Virus record (IMG/VR): IMGVR_UViG_3300025132_000028
Span: 8,664-72,663 of that record
Length of the DNA: 64,000 bases
From: a virus
Strand: one strand, 5' to 3'
Shown here: positions 15,001-21,466 of the stretch, one piece after another
Numbering within the stretch: position 1 is the first letter of the stretch
How the letters are laid out: each line of letters begins with the position of its first letter
Translations under genes and position numbers: made by a program
The notes under the pieces: generated by a model
Told to the model about the DNA's origin: nothing
The model's database searches: none
The model's input: only the letters and a program-made list of their open reading frames with translations

Positions 15001-18000
15001 AATACATCAACGAAGAATTATCCAAGATCTACTGATCCATTCTATGATACTGCTGTTGGTATTGCTTCGACAACCAGTACTACAATCACACTTAATGTAG
15101 GTAAATCTCCTATTCTCCCATTTGATGTTAGTGCTGCAACTTACGATGCTGCTACAGGTGTAATGGTAGTAAACATTGGTGCTCATACCTTAAAAACTGG
15201 AACAAGTGTTAAAATTAATGAAAAATCATTACTATTCACATGTTCACAGGATGATAATGCAACAGTTCATGCATATCCTCGTTCAACTACTGCTTCTCTT
15301 ACCGCAACAACTGGCACAGTTTATGATCCTGTTGTAGGTATCATGACCATCACCACTCCTGCTGCTCATGGAATGAAAAATGGTGATGAAGTTAAATTTG
15401 CTGATGGTGCGGTTTCATTCTCATGTCAATATGGTGTAGGTTCAGCACATACATGGGCTGGTGGAACAGTAACTGATGCTGTTACAATTACTGTTGGTCC
15501 TGTCCAGACAAAACATGATGTAACTAATGCCACATATAATCCTGCAACTGGTGTTATGGTATTTACCATTGGGGCACATAGTTTCACAACTGATGACTTA
15601 GTAGAAATTGGTGCTGAGAAGTTTGCATTTACTTGTACTGCTGACGGTAACGTCAAGACTAAGTATTATCCTCGTGCAACTGATCCTGCATATAATACTC
15701 CTCTATTAATTACTGCTGTAGACCAAGCTGGTGGAACAATCACAGTTAATGTTGGTGCTACTAGTGGAACTGTGGCAACCGCATATCCTCGTTCTACTGA
15801 TTTCATTAGTAATAGGTGGGTTGAAATTTCTAATGTAACCACAAAAACATTTGATGTCCAAGTATTAGATGTAATCCCTTCTACAAATACTGATGCTCAT
15901 ACATTTGTATCTGGAGTTACTAATGGCATCACATTCAAACGTGCAAAAGACCCATACTATAATACTTCTGTTGCTATTGCTGCTACAACTAGTGATACAG
16001 TCAGTTTAAATGTTGGTGTATCAACTATCGTAAATTATAATGTTTCTGATGCGAGTTACGATCCAAATTCAGGTAAAATGGTACTTACCATTGGTTCTCA
16101 TGACTTAGATGTAGGAACAAGTATCAAGATAGCAGATAACTCACTCACATTTACATGTGATAAAGATAATAATGCGACTCAGCATAGTTATCCTAGAACT
16201 CTTATAGAGACTAAAACTGTAACTGATGCTAATTACGATCCTACTACTGGTATGATGGTACTTACTGTTCCTAACCACGGATTTGAGAATGGTAGGCAAA
16301 TTAAGTTAGCAGATAATTCATTAACATTTACTTGTACTCTTGATGGAAATACTACAAATAAAACTTATCCAAGACCAACTGATCCTTTCAGTGGTAAGTG
16401 GATAAAAGTACAAAACGTCACTACAAATACTTTTGAAGTACAAACATTAGCAACTGTACCTTCCACAAACGTTTCTGTACATACATTTGTAAGTGCAACT
16501 GATGAAGGTTTATCACATAAGAGAGATCCATTCTATGATAATAATATTAATATTGAGGCAAGAACTCCAAATACTATTACTGTTAATATTGGTGCAACTC
16601 CAGATCTTCAGCAGAGTACTGGATTAACAGGACCAACATATTTCACTGATGTTCCTATCACTGGATTTAACTATACTAACGCTACTGGTGTTACAACTAT
16701 AACCGCAGTTGGTCATGGACTAACAACAGGTGAAAATGTAAAACTATCTGGTATTGCTTTGACATGTACTTCTGGTATGAAAACATATCCAGATGGTGGA
16801 ACAGGATTCTTCTTCGGAGTAACTAACGTTATTGATGCTAATACTTTCGTAACAAACACAGGTATCTCAACTATAGTACACACATATGTCAGTGGTGGTA
16901 ATGTAAGAACTGGTGTTACAAGTGACAAGTTCCCTAATCCTCAAGGTTCATTTAGTAAGATTGCTAATTTTGAATATAACAATATGACTGGTTTGGCAAC
17001 AGTAACAACCAATGGTTTCAATCAACTTGGAACTGGGCAGTTAATTAACTTTGAAAATATCCATATGCTTTGCCCAATTGGTAGTGGTACTACACATGTA
17101 TTCCCACAAGATACTGGAACAGTTGTTAATATTAGTAACTTCCAATATGATAATCAGTCTGGTATTGCGACCGTTACTACCGCAACCAACCATAATTTTG
17201 TCCGATTTAAGAAGGTTAGATTGCAGGGTATGACCGTATCATGTGCATATGGTTCTAAGACTTATCCAGATAAGCAAACTGACTTTGAATTAACGACTAT
17301 TGTTAACTCAACAACATTTGTAACTAATGTAGGAGTATCAACTCTTGCTCATACATATGTTTCTGGTGGTACTGCAGCAGAAGTTAAATTTGCTGGTCCT
17401 TACACAGTTAAGGAAAGAATTGACAGAAATACATTCACTGTTAATGTTGGTGTTTCTACTTACGTCCATACTTATGATCACTCTGGTAGAGTATCTCCTG
17501 TAAGATATACTGGACCTTATGAAGTACTTGCTATTACTAATAGTAAGGAATATACCATCAATGTTGGAAGATCTCCAATTGCTCATACTTACACTGGTGG
17601 CGGTACATCCAAACCACAACAATACACTGGTCCTTATAAGATAATTGCTGCACCTGACGCAAATACATTAAGAGTAAGAGTTGGTATTTCGACTTATCAA
17701 CACTTCTACGGTAGTGGAGGTATGATTGCTAGGTTACGCTCTGGTATTGCTGAGAAGAAACTAAATCCAGGTCCATTTAGAGTTAAAGATGTATATTCTG
17801 CTACTGAATTTACTACTGACGTTGGTATCTGTACATTTAAACACTTCTATCACTCTGGTGGTAAAGTTGGTAAGGTTAATCAATTCTTCCCTGGTAGTGG
17901 ATTCTATGGAAATAATGTTCCAGTAACAGTAGTTCCTGAAAATGGTGTTGGAAGTGGTTTAACAGTTACTACTACAGTTGGTTTTGGTGGAAGTCTTGTT

Positions 18001-19851
18001 CCTTCTCTAGATTATGTTGGAACTGGATTTACTATTGCTCCAAGGTTAGAAACTCCTGGACCAGCTTATGATGATCTCCCAGTTAGAGGTCTCTTTAGAC
18101 TAGGTATTGGTCAGACAACTGCTACTGGTATTGGATTATCTGTAACTTTAAATGTTGGTGGTATTAGTACTAGTGGTGTTGCATCAGAAACAAGTGGCGT
18201 TAAAAACTTTACAATTGGAAACAGAGGATATGGTTTCCAACTCAATGATAAAGTTAGTCCTGTTGGTTTAGTAACCGCTGCGAAAATCCTTGCTGGATCT
18301 AAGACCGTTGGTTACACAACTGAAACTGAACCATTTGAACTTACAGTTATTGATACATTCTCTGATACTTTCTACGGATGGCAATTCGGTCAACTTGATT
18401 ATATTGATGATATTACTTCATTACAAGATGGTGTAACAAAGAGATTCCCACTATTCCAAAATGAGCAGTTAGTCAGTTTTGAGAAAGCAGATGGAACACC
18501 TATTAGTTTCCCATCACTTCTTATCATCTTTATTAATGGTGTTCTTCAAATTCCAAACAAAGATTACATATTTGAAGGTGGTACTGCATTTGAATTCACA
18601 AGTCCTCCACAAGAGGCAGACCAAGTTACAATTTACTTCTATAGAGGTAGTAATGATGATGTTAATACTGTTAACGTAGTTGAATCCATTAAAATTGGTG
18701 ATGAATTAATCTTAATTAAACCAGTTGGTGTTTCTACTGTTCCAGATCAAGACCCAAGAGTTGTTAATGAAATTGTTGCATCTGATATTCTTGCAACTAA
18801 CTTATACTCTCTACAGGGTATTGATAACAACTTCAAGAGACCTGTTGTTTGGAGAAAACAAAAAGTTGATAGAACTGTTGATGGACGTATTATTCCTAAG
18901 ACTCGTGAAGCACTAGAACCACAAATCTATCCAACAGCAAGAATTATTGGTTCTGCATCTACAACTCAAGATTTCCTCTTCCTTGATAATGCTAGTTTGT
19001 TTAACTATGAAGCAGTGACTCCATCTACCAACTTCGATGGTATCATTACTCAAGGAGAAGATCCAGTTGTAGGTATTCTAAGTGTTGGAGTAAATGCTGG
19101 TACAATTTCTACAATCACTGTTATCAATGGTGGTTCTGGATATACTGGAATCGTAACAATTTCCATATCCAATCCACCTGATATCACGGTTGGTTTTGGA
19201 ACAACTGCATTAGCAACTGCAATTATTTCCAACGGTGCAGTTATTGGTGCAAATATCACCAATGCTGGTAGTGGATATGGAACAAGTGCATATGCGTTAT
19301 TACCAACTCCACCTGTAAGTATTGAAAGTGTTTCATTAATACCAACTGTAAATGGTTATGAAGGTGATATTATTGGAATTGCAACTGCCACTGGAATTGG
19401 TACCAATCTCAGCGTCAAGTTTACTTTAGATCTTCCAAATTCTCCATCAGATACTCTTAGAGATGGAATGAGAATATTTGTTAACAATACTAATGTTGGT
19501 TCAGGTGTAACTTCTATTGATACCAACAACTCTCAAGTAATTGGTATTGGAACAACTGCTTGTGATAACATCTTTAAGGTTCACCAAGTTCAGTATGATG
19601 CAGGTAACGGAATCATAACCGCTTTCTGTAATATTGATTCAAATTCAAATACTTCTGGACTTAATACTGTTGGATTTGCATACACTAATGTCGGTTTCTA
19701 CAGTTGGGGAATTGTTACTGGATTTAGTAGAGGAACTGCTCCAATTGCAATAAATGTTGATGGAAATACGTTCTCTGTTGGTCTCGGATCATACCCACTT
19801 TTCCAGAGAAGAGGGTTTGGTTTAAGGGGTACTGGAGGAATCACAAAATAA
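1..19851 (+). CDS. g7: Giant baseplate wedge initiator gp7-like structural protein, 5' truncated (frame is open from position 1; >6600 aa)
   Basis: Frame 1 is open from base 1 to TAA at 19849-19851. It lies directly upstream of gp8. It contains the YHYH-like segment (SPIIGWAYDGNPIFGP...DLDVHNGR...FPYYIG), the IQDNNYYQNLSY..K...HPTG.K motif and many GxGY/GIGT repeats typical of cyanomyovirus gp7. Confidence 0.85.
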   Translation, partial: DVQVASGPISEVEIFTRQGEEFYKIPLFVGFNEQSLVSGEFFVPGFTKNTLLASANTRVINVDSTVGFSRSGSFFIDSLGITVTYTDKNLTQFLGCSGLTSDLPVGSEVRSTVIAYGYEGGDSTKKVEMRITGVLGEFEAQGNNYYLDVGNEIYIKSIGENISPPADPLTLPTYKQRIFNSWIYNIATRYEVAEITGSTLSVSDKFDKSNLRTGDSVEILARGTNTITTTAVVTVIDSNTLQLSNTTGITTDRNWDIRRVISRATSSNDLIEFGNQTIISNIQNAYVTKNKVNESMYVATQGLPSFSFSVDKVFVDFRGQDVGIGQIDQLVSFQTNLPFVTGDEIVYEALSGSTALEGLVSGTRYFIWVNPAANNQLKLANARSFIEVSKFIELKTGTGTHRLTLASQYGKNIQPQKILRQFPLKPSVSSGLAQTTSYGPTGMLINGIEILNYKSNDYLYYGPLQSVELVSGGSDYDVINPPKITVSNPGVGGTVAVINPVLSGSLKSLYLENRESYDIDQVFGINIEGGNGEGASGEITLSQDYTEANFNAKDILANGGVDIPANTLTFIGEHNFKTGQKIVYNPNGNQPLGVAITLGSDDNTQYDAENTLQSGVAYFANVINTTTIKLHETEDDANAGLSTVGITTFNTLGIHKFRSFDFKNKIQNISVVTEGSGYKKRTYETKTTGISTGTNCFIIKQHGFLDNEEVIYQATNSIRELTTETNYRIIRINADAFRLALSETDVNRGRYIFLSDVGSGIHTVKYPDITATVVASIGGTTVSIPCEPDVRGEIIGAYLSEPGSNYGSKVLNFEKPPLITVSSGTGAQFQPLISNGVITQVQIIGAGSNYTSAPDLTVTGPTGSGAQLKAKLNANGKVSTVEVISGGLNYDAEDTAIVVRSVGQSGIIESTVRPLTVNLHEKYSTDDFLNAETQYPIQYASLAYSTDLQTDFGDSLAQRSPIIGWAYDGNPIFGPFATRDPKQNTGITTYVRSGYQLASNLVPNRPTAGEYPAGFFVEDYKFMGTGDLDVHNGRWFVSDDFPDGIYGYVATLEIDPGTGLPRASFPYYIGDTYIAPRASQSISQDDDINALDLSRNTYPYRLKSLNASYDFVIEADELIGQEGVIDSVFTGGVEELEIVEAGDLYKVGNTLLFDEEGTNGNGVSAQVSFIKGKSVTDLQSTNVQFDEVTFQKTGDTEITGIIQPNHDFNNGEVIEIFNTNTDIKGLQGFHVVGVASERAILLDPVKAGAVGVVTDLIVSRIPGNVSGGSSIKFSDGEVAKVLNVIKGKNLVRIERTGIASFSASGTISYLQDRFTIASDAPQFVSEFFPKKFFNPKQTVGVGTTVGNYETLSYTENNIAQTRVVEHGSIFLNKHPFLDGQKALFVKKSGQLSLGVATAIGIGTTATLVADSLPRSGVEQEVFIIYKSINTIGIKTQKNGAELFFTSDGSDDDGYFVQGIGTAVRGSVLQPTTTVTTTQAHGLKIGDTVNFNVIANQEVGLGASSRVRIELNSEGLIIVDSQGISSTGVNTSTNRISISGNNFRTGDRVYYEPKSEVIGGLGTGRYYIYRDSPENFRLCETYEDSVADVPVIVSLTSIGGTSHNFGLINPKVEIPSRSTTVFDLQNYELNGYNFKIYYDQGFNSEFVGTGQSTSAEVGDVLDAEDRVISIGNTYARLDVNNNTFCPKILYYNVTKDGTPLIPDNDVKENNTIKYVDSAYTGMFTITGIGTSAVGVGTTTFSFAIAKNPEQVSYAATEGRRFYATGAVGPEGPIDQISLLSSGEFYRKLPRFLGVDSENGDNSTIKPKSTRIGQINSIQLVNEGFNYSSDTTLRPIVDVPTVTTIRDFNTVGTISILSNGKNYISAPKLELVDRFVGTKVPGANIVARINENSGSIVDTEIAANPVGLQNREYRLYSVNNTNGIVITKSESNPTRSGIVTFTISTPVLGFSSPPFAVNDEVWIEGFSKDSGSDGYNSSDHLYNFLKVNNVVTTNPFSFEVDYSNYTFNVGLGVSDTQNFSRVIGKEELPTFSIGLQQASFDKNEKLLVNNAETDLQVISFDATAENIKFVGTAPIVPDDIIIGAKSGSQAKVVEILRFDGVYSVEAETDKTIEGTSDSGKLNSSAQVIQDNNYYQNLSYTLKTEVSYEDCIDAVNNSVHPTGLKNFVDSQLVTIGKNAGIQTSTTVTNATVDLVEEVRVDDQYYFDIGRDVNIATRSEVELSNEIELENAKLSDYFESITNRVLNIDDISSQFSNISNPNTLDLFENIYRYPFNFISNRFLVQITSEDRRDFQVSEITILQDGTNTYYAEPTFKKLHSTPQEIGTLEGSVDTENSQVRLRFFPADPFDKNYDIKVLNQFYNTESTLTGIGTTAFGFAALMGSDAEIGPSTSKSFVSVAATNFDYLHSQVEVETVSSGQKETMFVELKAIHDGNDSYMSEYNIILSDGSFGGTNAGAFGTFGTTYDPSGNNFSIEFYNARPSEFVNLKARTLGFGNTTGTTNRDYRFLATGMIPNNERSAQYYTEYQTVGVGSTANFAGIKSDIQSVNQCTMVVGYGRTVSAFQYMFLNDQLGDSLYFSEYPVLSVGNTTGLGTVFAKYDGEKAVLVFTPEAGINDKMFMRTFNEVLYLELERNIVNPLEYGAVVEETFNTTYTGLNFRNIFEFPMLWNGYPIFSKTFNPSNTSALNLATGQFTIKNHFFASGQELEYLPGGTFVGVVTAPMTLANGNPLPSPVYAIKDNEDQFRIGLSTVAALAGIGTTLGSVGAGNLHEFDSTGKLSRSLIAIDGLVQKPLTWSPITRTLENNTTLSGSSLGLGKTSTFMAVSGISSIVLGDLFEINDEFVLVEAVGVGTTTTDINSSGIGTINLCKIQRGSVGTAASFHANGSIIQKYTGSYNFSRNNIFFTGAPNGGKSSDEASTTGIPEAGSSFNGRVYLRKNYDSNKIFDDISGQFTGIAKTFTLRSEGEDITGIGSEGGFGIFFVNNMFQKPQTPNNFNANLFIRETGGQTDLTFTGILNESGDPIVSATDINQNGLPRGGVVVTLGSSEGKGFANLGNPSIGASINHAGEVYKILTAPTTQGMSSITNYVYDHTIGLSTVTTSQAHGLEAGDSIDFVGIGFTCVPTKSGITTGVFPYTRGQKKTVVDFLYDNKTGMATVTTLERFGILEVGEEVFFNGIGFTCIGQKFAQISQKAGITTTLFPCRAGIAKTISAFNYDNQSGIATITLATPHRYVEGERLFIENLNLKCGYGANITNAIYDAPTGLTTITTATPHKFSKGDKVRLQGLEFSCAGYGITFAISTFEYNNSTGITTITTPSPHGALPGEQIKLTGLGFTCPKVNVGTPIGFTYEPLTGLSTVTFASNHGLTNGDKISIGASSIVFTCTLDGGATTHPYPRPTDFAYNKYLPISGVTTNSFQVNVGTGGTGTFPHTFVSATTNAIKTLNYLGVTTSTFPDGTQGNQFRVTKVLSPTKILTNVGITSIPHVYTEGGEVQVGVTSHIYPTGKYGFEFIVSSTPTRNKFRVNVGPSTIAHTYVSGGTALLGLSTTIYPSSQSGIGHSITDFIYDNTTGLSTITVARNSIPFALGDRVNFAGLGFTCPSGFAGLTSTIFPQSLGRKYNIGTVFYNNATGLATVTTTAAHDFKVTDSLDLQNLLFNCSSAYAGVTTHRFPDYVDEPNRSYRVLRIVDPNTIWVDVGVSTIVHTYNLGRHTWVGGTASNAVQSGGNYVHTFLSAVTNGVTSDVGNLPNPITNVAYTPNTGNMVITSATHLLTTSNTLTIADNALSFTCTMDGNTATKTYPRSTDPVSGQTITITGTTTNTITINVGASPIVNHDVTNATYDNDTGVMVLTIGAHTLTTGTSIKIANGALSFTCEDDNNVTTKTYPRASDPYYDTAINIDAVGADTITLNVGINTRGTVSAIKKTGPYEVTRLLAPRPYDVTNAIYDPVVGIMTVTVGNGHGISVGETVDIGTNALTFTCDMDSTGSQKTYPRNLIKTFTATNAIYDPVVGVTTITVAGHGMDDGCWVKLADESLSFICGYGVTTHIFVSATTNAVNVQSGAESGNEKTPNAATYNASTGLLTLGFAAAHGMSTSDTITLDFNSLTFTCAADYHATTHTYPRVTDPIAGVTTAVTVTSGTEFTLNVGDSLGSKSAKSYPRSSDPISGEWIQVSNTTTDTFEIQSLSDNSTPSTNIDAHTFTSAVTGGITHKVDKSFEQPVSVVGVGNTTIDLQVGRSPIVNFNVTNATYEPTTGVMELTIGSHAFAVGQHIKLADNSISFTCTLDGNTLVKSYPRASGTGINAGTPDYAYQKSLEISAVTSTTITINVNSSVGLSSISDLSAHTFDSATAGAVIAGGNYAHTFVGVATGAITKGGPRFNCNVGITTYKHNYTPSIGVGEVRKQNFGGVDDTFIVTGIVGKKSFTIDAGISTYTHFYDVDTKNAISKKKLRTDSFIVDTIYSDRSFRTNVGVSSYRHVYDPKPSKEPGGISSITGMTYNTSTGIATFTVPNHGAIGGELISISGLALTCPGGTGITTHIFPDPNGLSRNISTANYNNFTGIMTVTTNVGHGVTFVGQFVKLENLGFACTGGAGGSHTFVSAATSAVQTGGNYTHTFVPQFGLTPDTALYDPVTGIMTVTNQQLTVSDAIYDPVSGEMTLTVGVHRLTNYDSVRLDTESISFSCVFEGKLQTKAYPRSNGNDYVYDKDLPIIRYTSDTITVNVNGGKGAISHAVPHTFMSATSKGVKVNHGLRNGDYIKFDDYAVTFTCNKDGNATLHPYPRPTDPLSGTFTQVTVVDENKFSVGVLTVTPSTDTSVHTFVSALEGGIKKEVINSGGDHPHTFVGTATSAIQSGGNYVHTFLSAVANSVTSNVGNLPNAVTDVVYTPSSGDMVITSAAHLLTGSNTISIANNGLSFTCTMDGNTATKTYPRSTDPISGIATAITATTTDTFTINVGASPIVNHDVTDATYDAATGVMVLTIGAHTLPTGTSVKIANGSLPFTCTMDGNTSTKNYPRSTDPFYDTAVGIASTTSTTITLNVGKSPILPFDVSAATYDAATGVMVVNIGAHTLKTGTSVKINEKSLLFTCSQDDNATVHAYPRSTTASLTATTGTVYDPVVGIMTITTPAAHGMKNGDEVKFADGAVSFSCQYGVGSAHTWAGGTVTDAVTITVGPVQTKHDVTNATYNPATGVMVFTIGAHSFTTDDLVEIGAEKFAFTCTADGNVKTKYYPRATDPAYNTPLLITAVDQAGGTITVNVGATSGTVATAYPRSTDFISNRWVEISNVTTKTFDVQVLDVIPSTNTDAHTFVSGVTNGITFKRAKDPYYNTSVAIAATTSDTVSLNVGVSTIVNYNVSDASYDPNSGKMVLTIGSHDLDVGTSIKIADNSLTFTCDKDNNATQHSYPRTLIETKTVTDANYDPTTGMMVLTVPNHGFENGRQIKLADNSLTFTCTLDGNTTNKTYPRPTDPFSGKWIKVQNVTTNTFEVQTLATVPSTNVSVHTFVSATDEGLSHKRDPFYDNNINIEARTPNTITVNIGATPDLQQSTGLTGPTYFTDVPITGFNYTNATGVTTITAVGHGLTTGENVKLSGIALTCTSGMKTYPDGGTGFFFGVTNVIDANTFVTNTGISTIVHTYVSGGNVRTGVTSDKFPNPQGSFSKIANFEYNNMTGLATVTTNGFNQLGTGQLINFENIHMLCPIGSGTTHVFPQDTGTVVNISNFQYDNQSGIATVTTATNHNFVRFKKVRLQGMTVSCAYGSKTYPDKQTDFELTTIVNSTTFVTNVGVSTLAHTYVSGGTAAEVKFAGPYTVKERIDRNTFTVNVGVSTYVHTYDHSGRVSPVRYTGPYEVLAITNSKEYTINVGRSPIAHTYTGGGTSKPQQYTGPYKIIAAPDANTLRVRVGISTYQHFYGSGGMIARLRSGIAEKKLNPGPFRVKDVYSATEFTTDVGICTFKHFYHSGGKVGKVNQFFPGSGFYGNNVPVTVVPENGVGSGLTVTTTVGFGGSLVPSLDYVGTGFTIAPRLETPGPAYDDLPVRGLFRLGIGQTTATGIGLSVTLNVGGISTSGVASETSGVKNFTIGNRGYGFQLNDKVSPVGLVTAAKILAGSKTVGYTTETEPFELTVIDTFSDTFYGWQFGQLDYIDDITSLQDGVTKRFPLFQNEQLVSFEKADGTPISFPSLLIIFINGVLQIPNKDYIFEGGTAFEFTSPPQEADQVTIYFYRGSNDDVNTVNVVESIKIGDELILIKPVGVSTVPDQDPRVVNEIVASDILATNLYSLQGIDNNFKRPVVWRKQKVDRTVDGRIIPKTREALEPQIYPTARIIGSASTTQDFLFLDNASLFNYEAVTPSTNFDGIITQGEDPVVGILSVGVNAGTISTITVINGGSGYTGIVTISISNPPDITVGFGTTALATAIISNGAVIGANITNAGSGYGTSAYALLPTPPVSIESVSLIPTVNGYEGDIIGIATATGIGTNLSVKFTLDLPNSPSDTLRDGMRIFVNNTNVGSGVTSIDTNNSQVIGIGTTACDNIFKVHQVQYDAGNGIITAFCNIDSNSNTSGLNTVGFAYTNVGFYSWGIVTGFSRGTAPIAINVDGNTFSVGLGSYPLFQRRGFGLRGTGGITK
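9235..17875 (+). repeat. Intragenic array of split and nested ~100-aa beta-rich modules within gp7
   Basis: Recurrent motifs YD/NxxTGxxTxT..HG, FTC..D...YPRxTDP, TITxNVG and HTF/YVSA/GG occur many times in the translation. Confidence 0.9.
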
Positions 19852-19855
19852 TGAG

Positions 19856-19863
19856 TATAAATA
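19856..19863 (+). promoter_or_regulatory. T4-type late promoter TATAAATA upstream of g8
   Basis: Exact T4 gp55 consensus in the intergenic gap before a structural gene. Confidence 0.75.
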
Positions 19864-19900
19864 ATAACTAGATCCAATGTGTTTTAATTTTTAGAAAGCA

Positions 19901-21457
19901 ATGCCCGCTATAGTATCAGACCAATTCAGGATCCTAAACGCAGCCAATTTCGTGTCTGATGTTTCAGATTCAAATAATTCGTATTATGTCGTTCTTGGAC
20001 TCGCGAACCCAACTCAGGTTGGTTTTGGTAGGAGTTCCAATTGGGATAATTCAACCCCGTATCCAGTAGATGATTTTAATTATTCTAATCATGTTCGCGA
20101 TACCATGCTTTTTGGTAAGAAAATTACCAAAGACAATATCAGAAGATTGATTAGAAGAGTTGACTGGACGCAAGGTACAATTTATGAAATGTACCGACAC
20201 GATTACAGTATTCAAGCTCCATCTCCTGTAACCAACTCTACTAGATTATATGATGCGAACTATTATGTAATGAATTCAGACTTCCAAGTTTATATTTGTT
20301 TACAGAATGGTTCTTCAGGTATCAATACTGTTGGTAATCAATCTCTTGATGAACCAACTTTTACTGATCTTGAACCATCTAAAGCGGGTAATAGTGGAGA
20401 TGGTTATGTTTGGAAATATATGTATACTGTCTCACCTGGAGACATCATTAAGTTTGATACATTAGAATACATCCCGATACCAAATGATTGGGAAACGGTT
20501 ACGGGTCCTGTTGCATCTGTTAGAGATAATGGAAACTCGGATGTAAACCTGAACCAAATTAAAACAGTTTATATTGAAAAACAAGGTGCGGGATATGGTA
20601 TTGGGCAAAACCAACCCGTTGATATTCTTGGCGATGGAACAGGAGGAAAGGCAGTTCTATCTGTAGATTCTTCAGGTAAAGTTACTAGTGCTACTGTATC
20701 ATCTGGTGGTAGTGGTTATTCTTTTGGTATTATTGATTTATCTTCAATTAATACTGGATCTATTACTGACAGAGCATTCTTAATTCCAATCATCCCACCA
20801 ACAAAAGGACATGGTTTTAATGCATATAATGAATTAGGTGCTGACAAAGTTTTGATTTATGCTCGTTTTGACGACATTGGTGATTTCCCAACTTCTACAA
20901 AATTTGCACAAGTTGGTCTACTTAAGAATCCACTTTCTGTTGGTTCAACATCTGTACAGTCTTCAAATTCATTTAGTTCTACAAATGCGATCGTCTTAAA
21001 TACAATTTCTGACGTCACGCAAATTTCAGTAGGATCTAAAATTTCTCAAACTATTGGTACTGGTGTTACTGCCTTTGGATGGATAACATCTTTTGACAAT
21101 ACAACAAATGTTGTTAGATACGCTCAAGATAGATCTTTATACTTTAATCAGTCTACAACAAATCAAGAAGATGACCCATTTGCTTCTCGTCAATCTTTTA
21201 TAAAACATGCTTTTACAAGTGCTGTAGCGAACATCACGATTGGTTCTGCAAGTTGCACAATCAACACAGGATTTACTGGTATTAATACAGTAGGTACTTC
21301 AGGTGCTCTAGTCGATCTTGGAATTAACTTCACAAGTGGTCTTTCTGGTCCAGAAATTGAAGTTTCATCTGGTGAGCTTATATATATTGATAACAGGCAA
21401 ACCGTTTCGAGGAACCTGAGACAAAGAGAAGACGTAAAAATCGTACTGGAATTCTAA
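19901..21457 (+). CDS. g8: Baseplate wedge subunit gp8
   Basis: MPAIVSDQFRILNA start, VYICLQNG...DGYVWKYMY, and C-terminal SGELIYIDNR...QREDVKIVLEF; synteny after gp7. Confidence 0.9.
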   Translation: MPAIVSDQFRILNAANFVSDVSDSNNSYYVVLGLANPTQVGFGRSSNWDNSTPYPVDDFNYSNHVRDTMLFGKKITKDNIRRLIRRVDWTQGTIYEMYRHDYSIQAPSPVTNSTRLYDANYYVMNSDFQVYICLQNGSSGINTVGNQSLDEPTFTDLEPSKAGNSGDGYVWKYMYTVSPGDIIKFDTLEYIPIPNDWETVTGPVASVRDNGNSDVNLNQIKTVYIEKQGAGYGIGQNQPVDILGDGTGGKAVLSVDSSGKVTSATVSSGGSGYSFGIIDLSSINTGSITDRAFLIPIIPPTKGHGFNAYNELGADKVLIYARFDDIGDFPTSTKFAQVGLLKNPLSVGSTSVQSSNSFSSTNAIVLNTISDVTQISVGSKISQTIGTGVTAFGWITSFDNTTNVVRYAQDRSLYFNQSTTNQEDDPFASRQSFIKHAFTSAVANITIGSASCTINTGFTGINTVGTSGALVDLGINFTSGLSGPEIEVSSGELIYIDNRQTVSRNLRQREDVKIVLEF

Positions 21458-21466
21458 TCTGAGACA

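Noticed and set aside
9235-17875. Possible CRISPR array or diversity-generating retroelement TR/VR pair among the repeats
   Set aside because: The repeats are in-frame protein modules without regular spacer periodicity, differences are not confined to adenines, and no reverse transcriptase or cas gene is in the window.
3898-19262. Many 60-104 aa ORFs overlapping gp7 on both strands
   Set aside because: They are shadow ORFs of a long, codon-biased gene, with no recognisable motifs.
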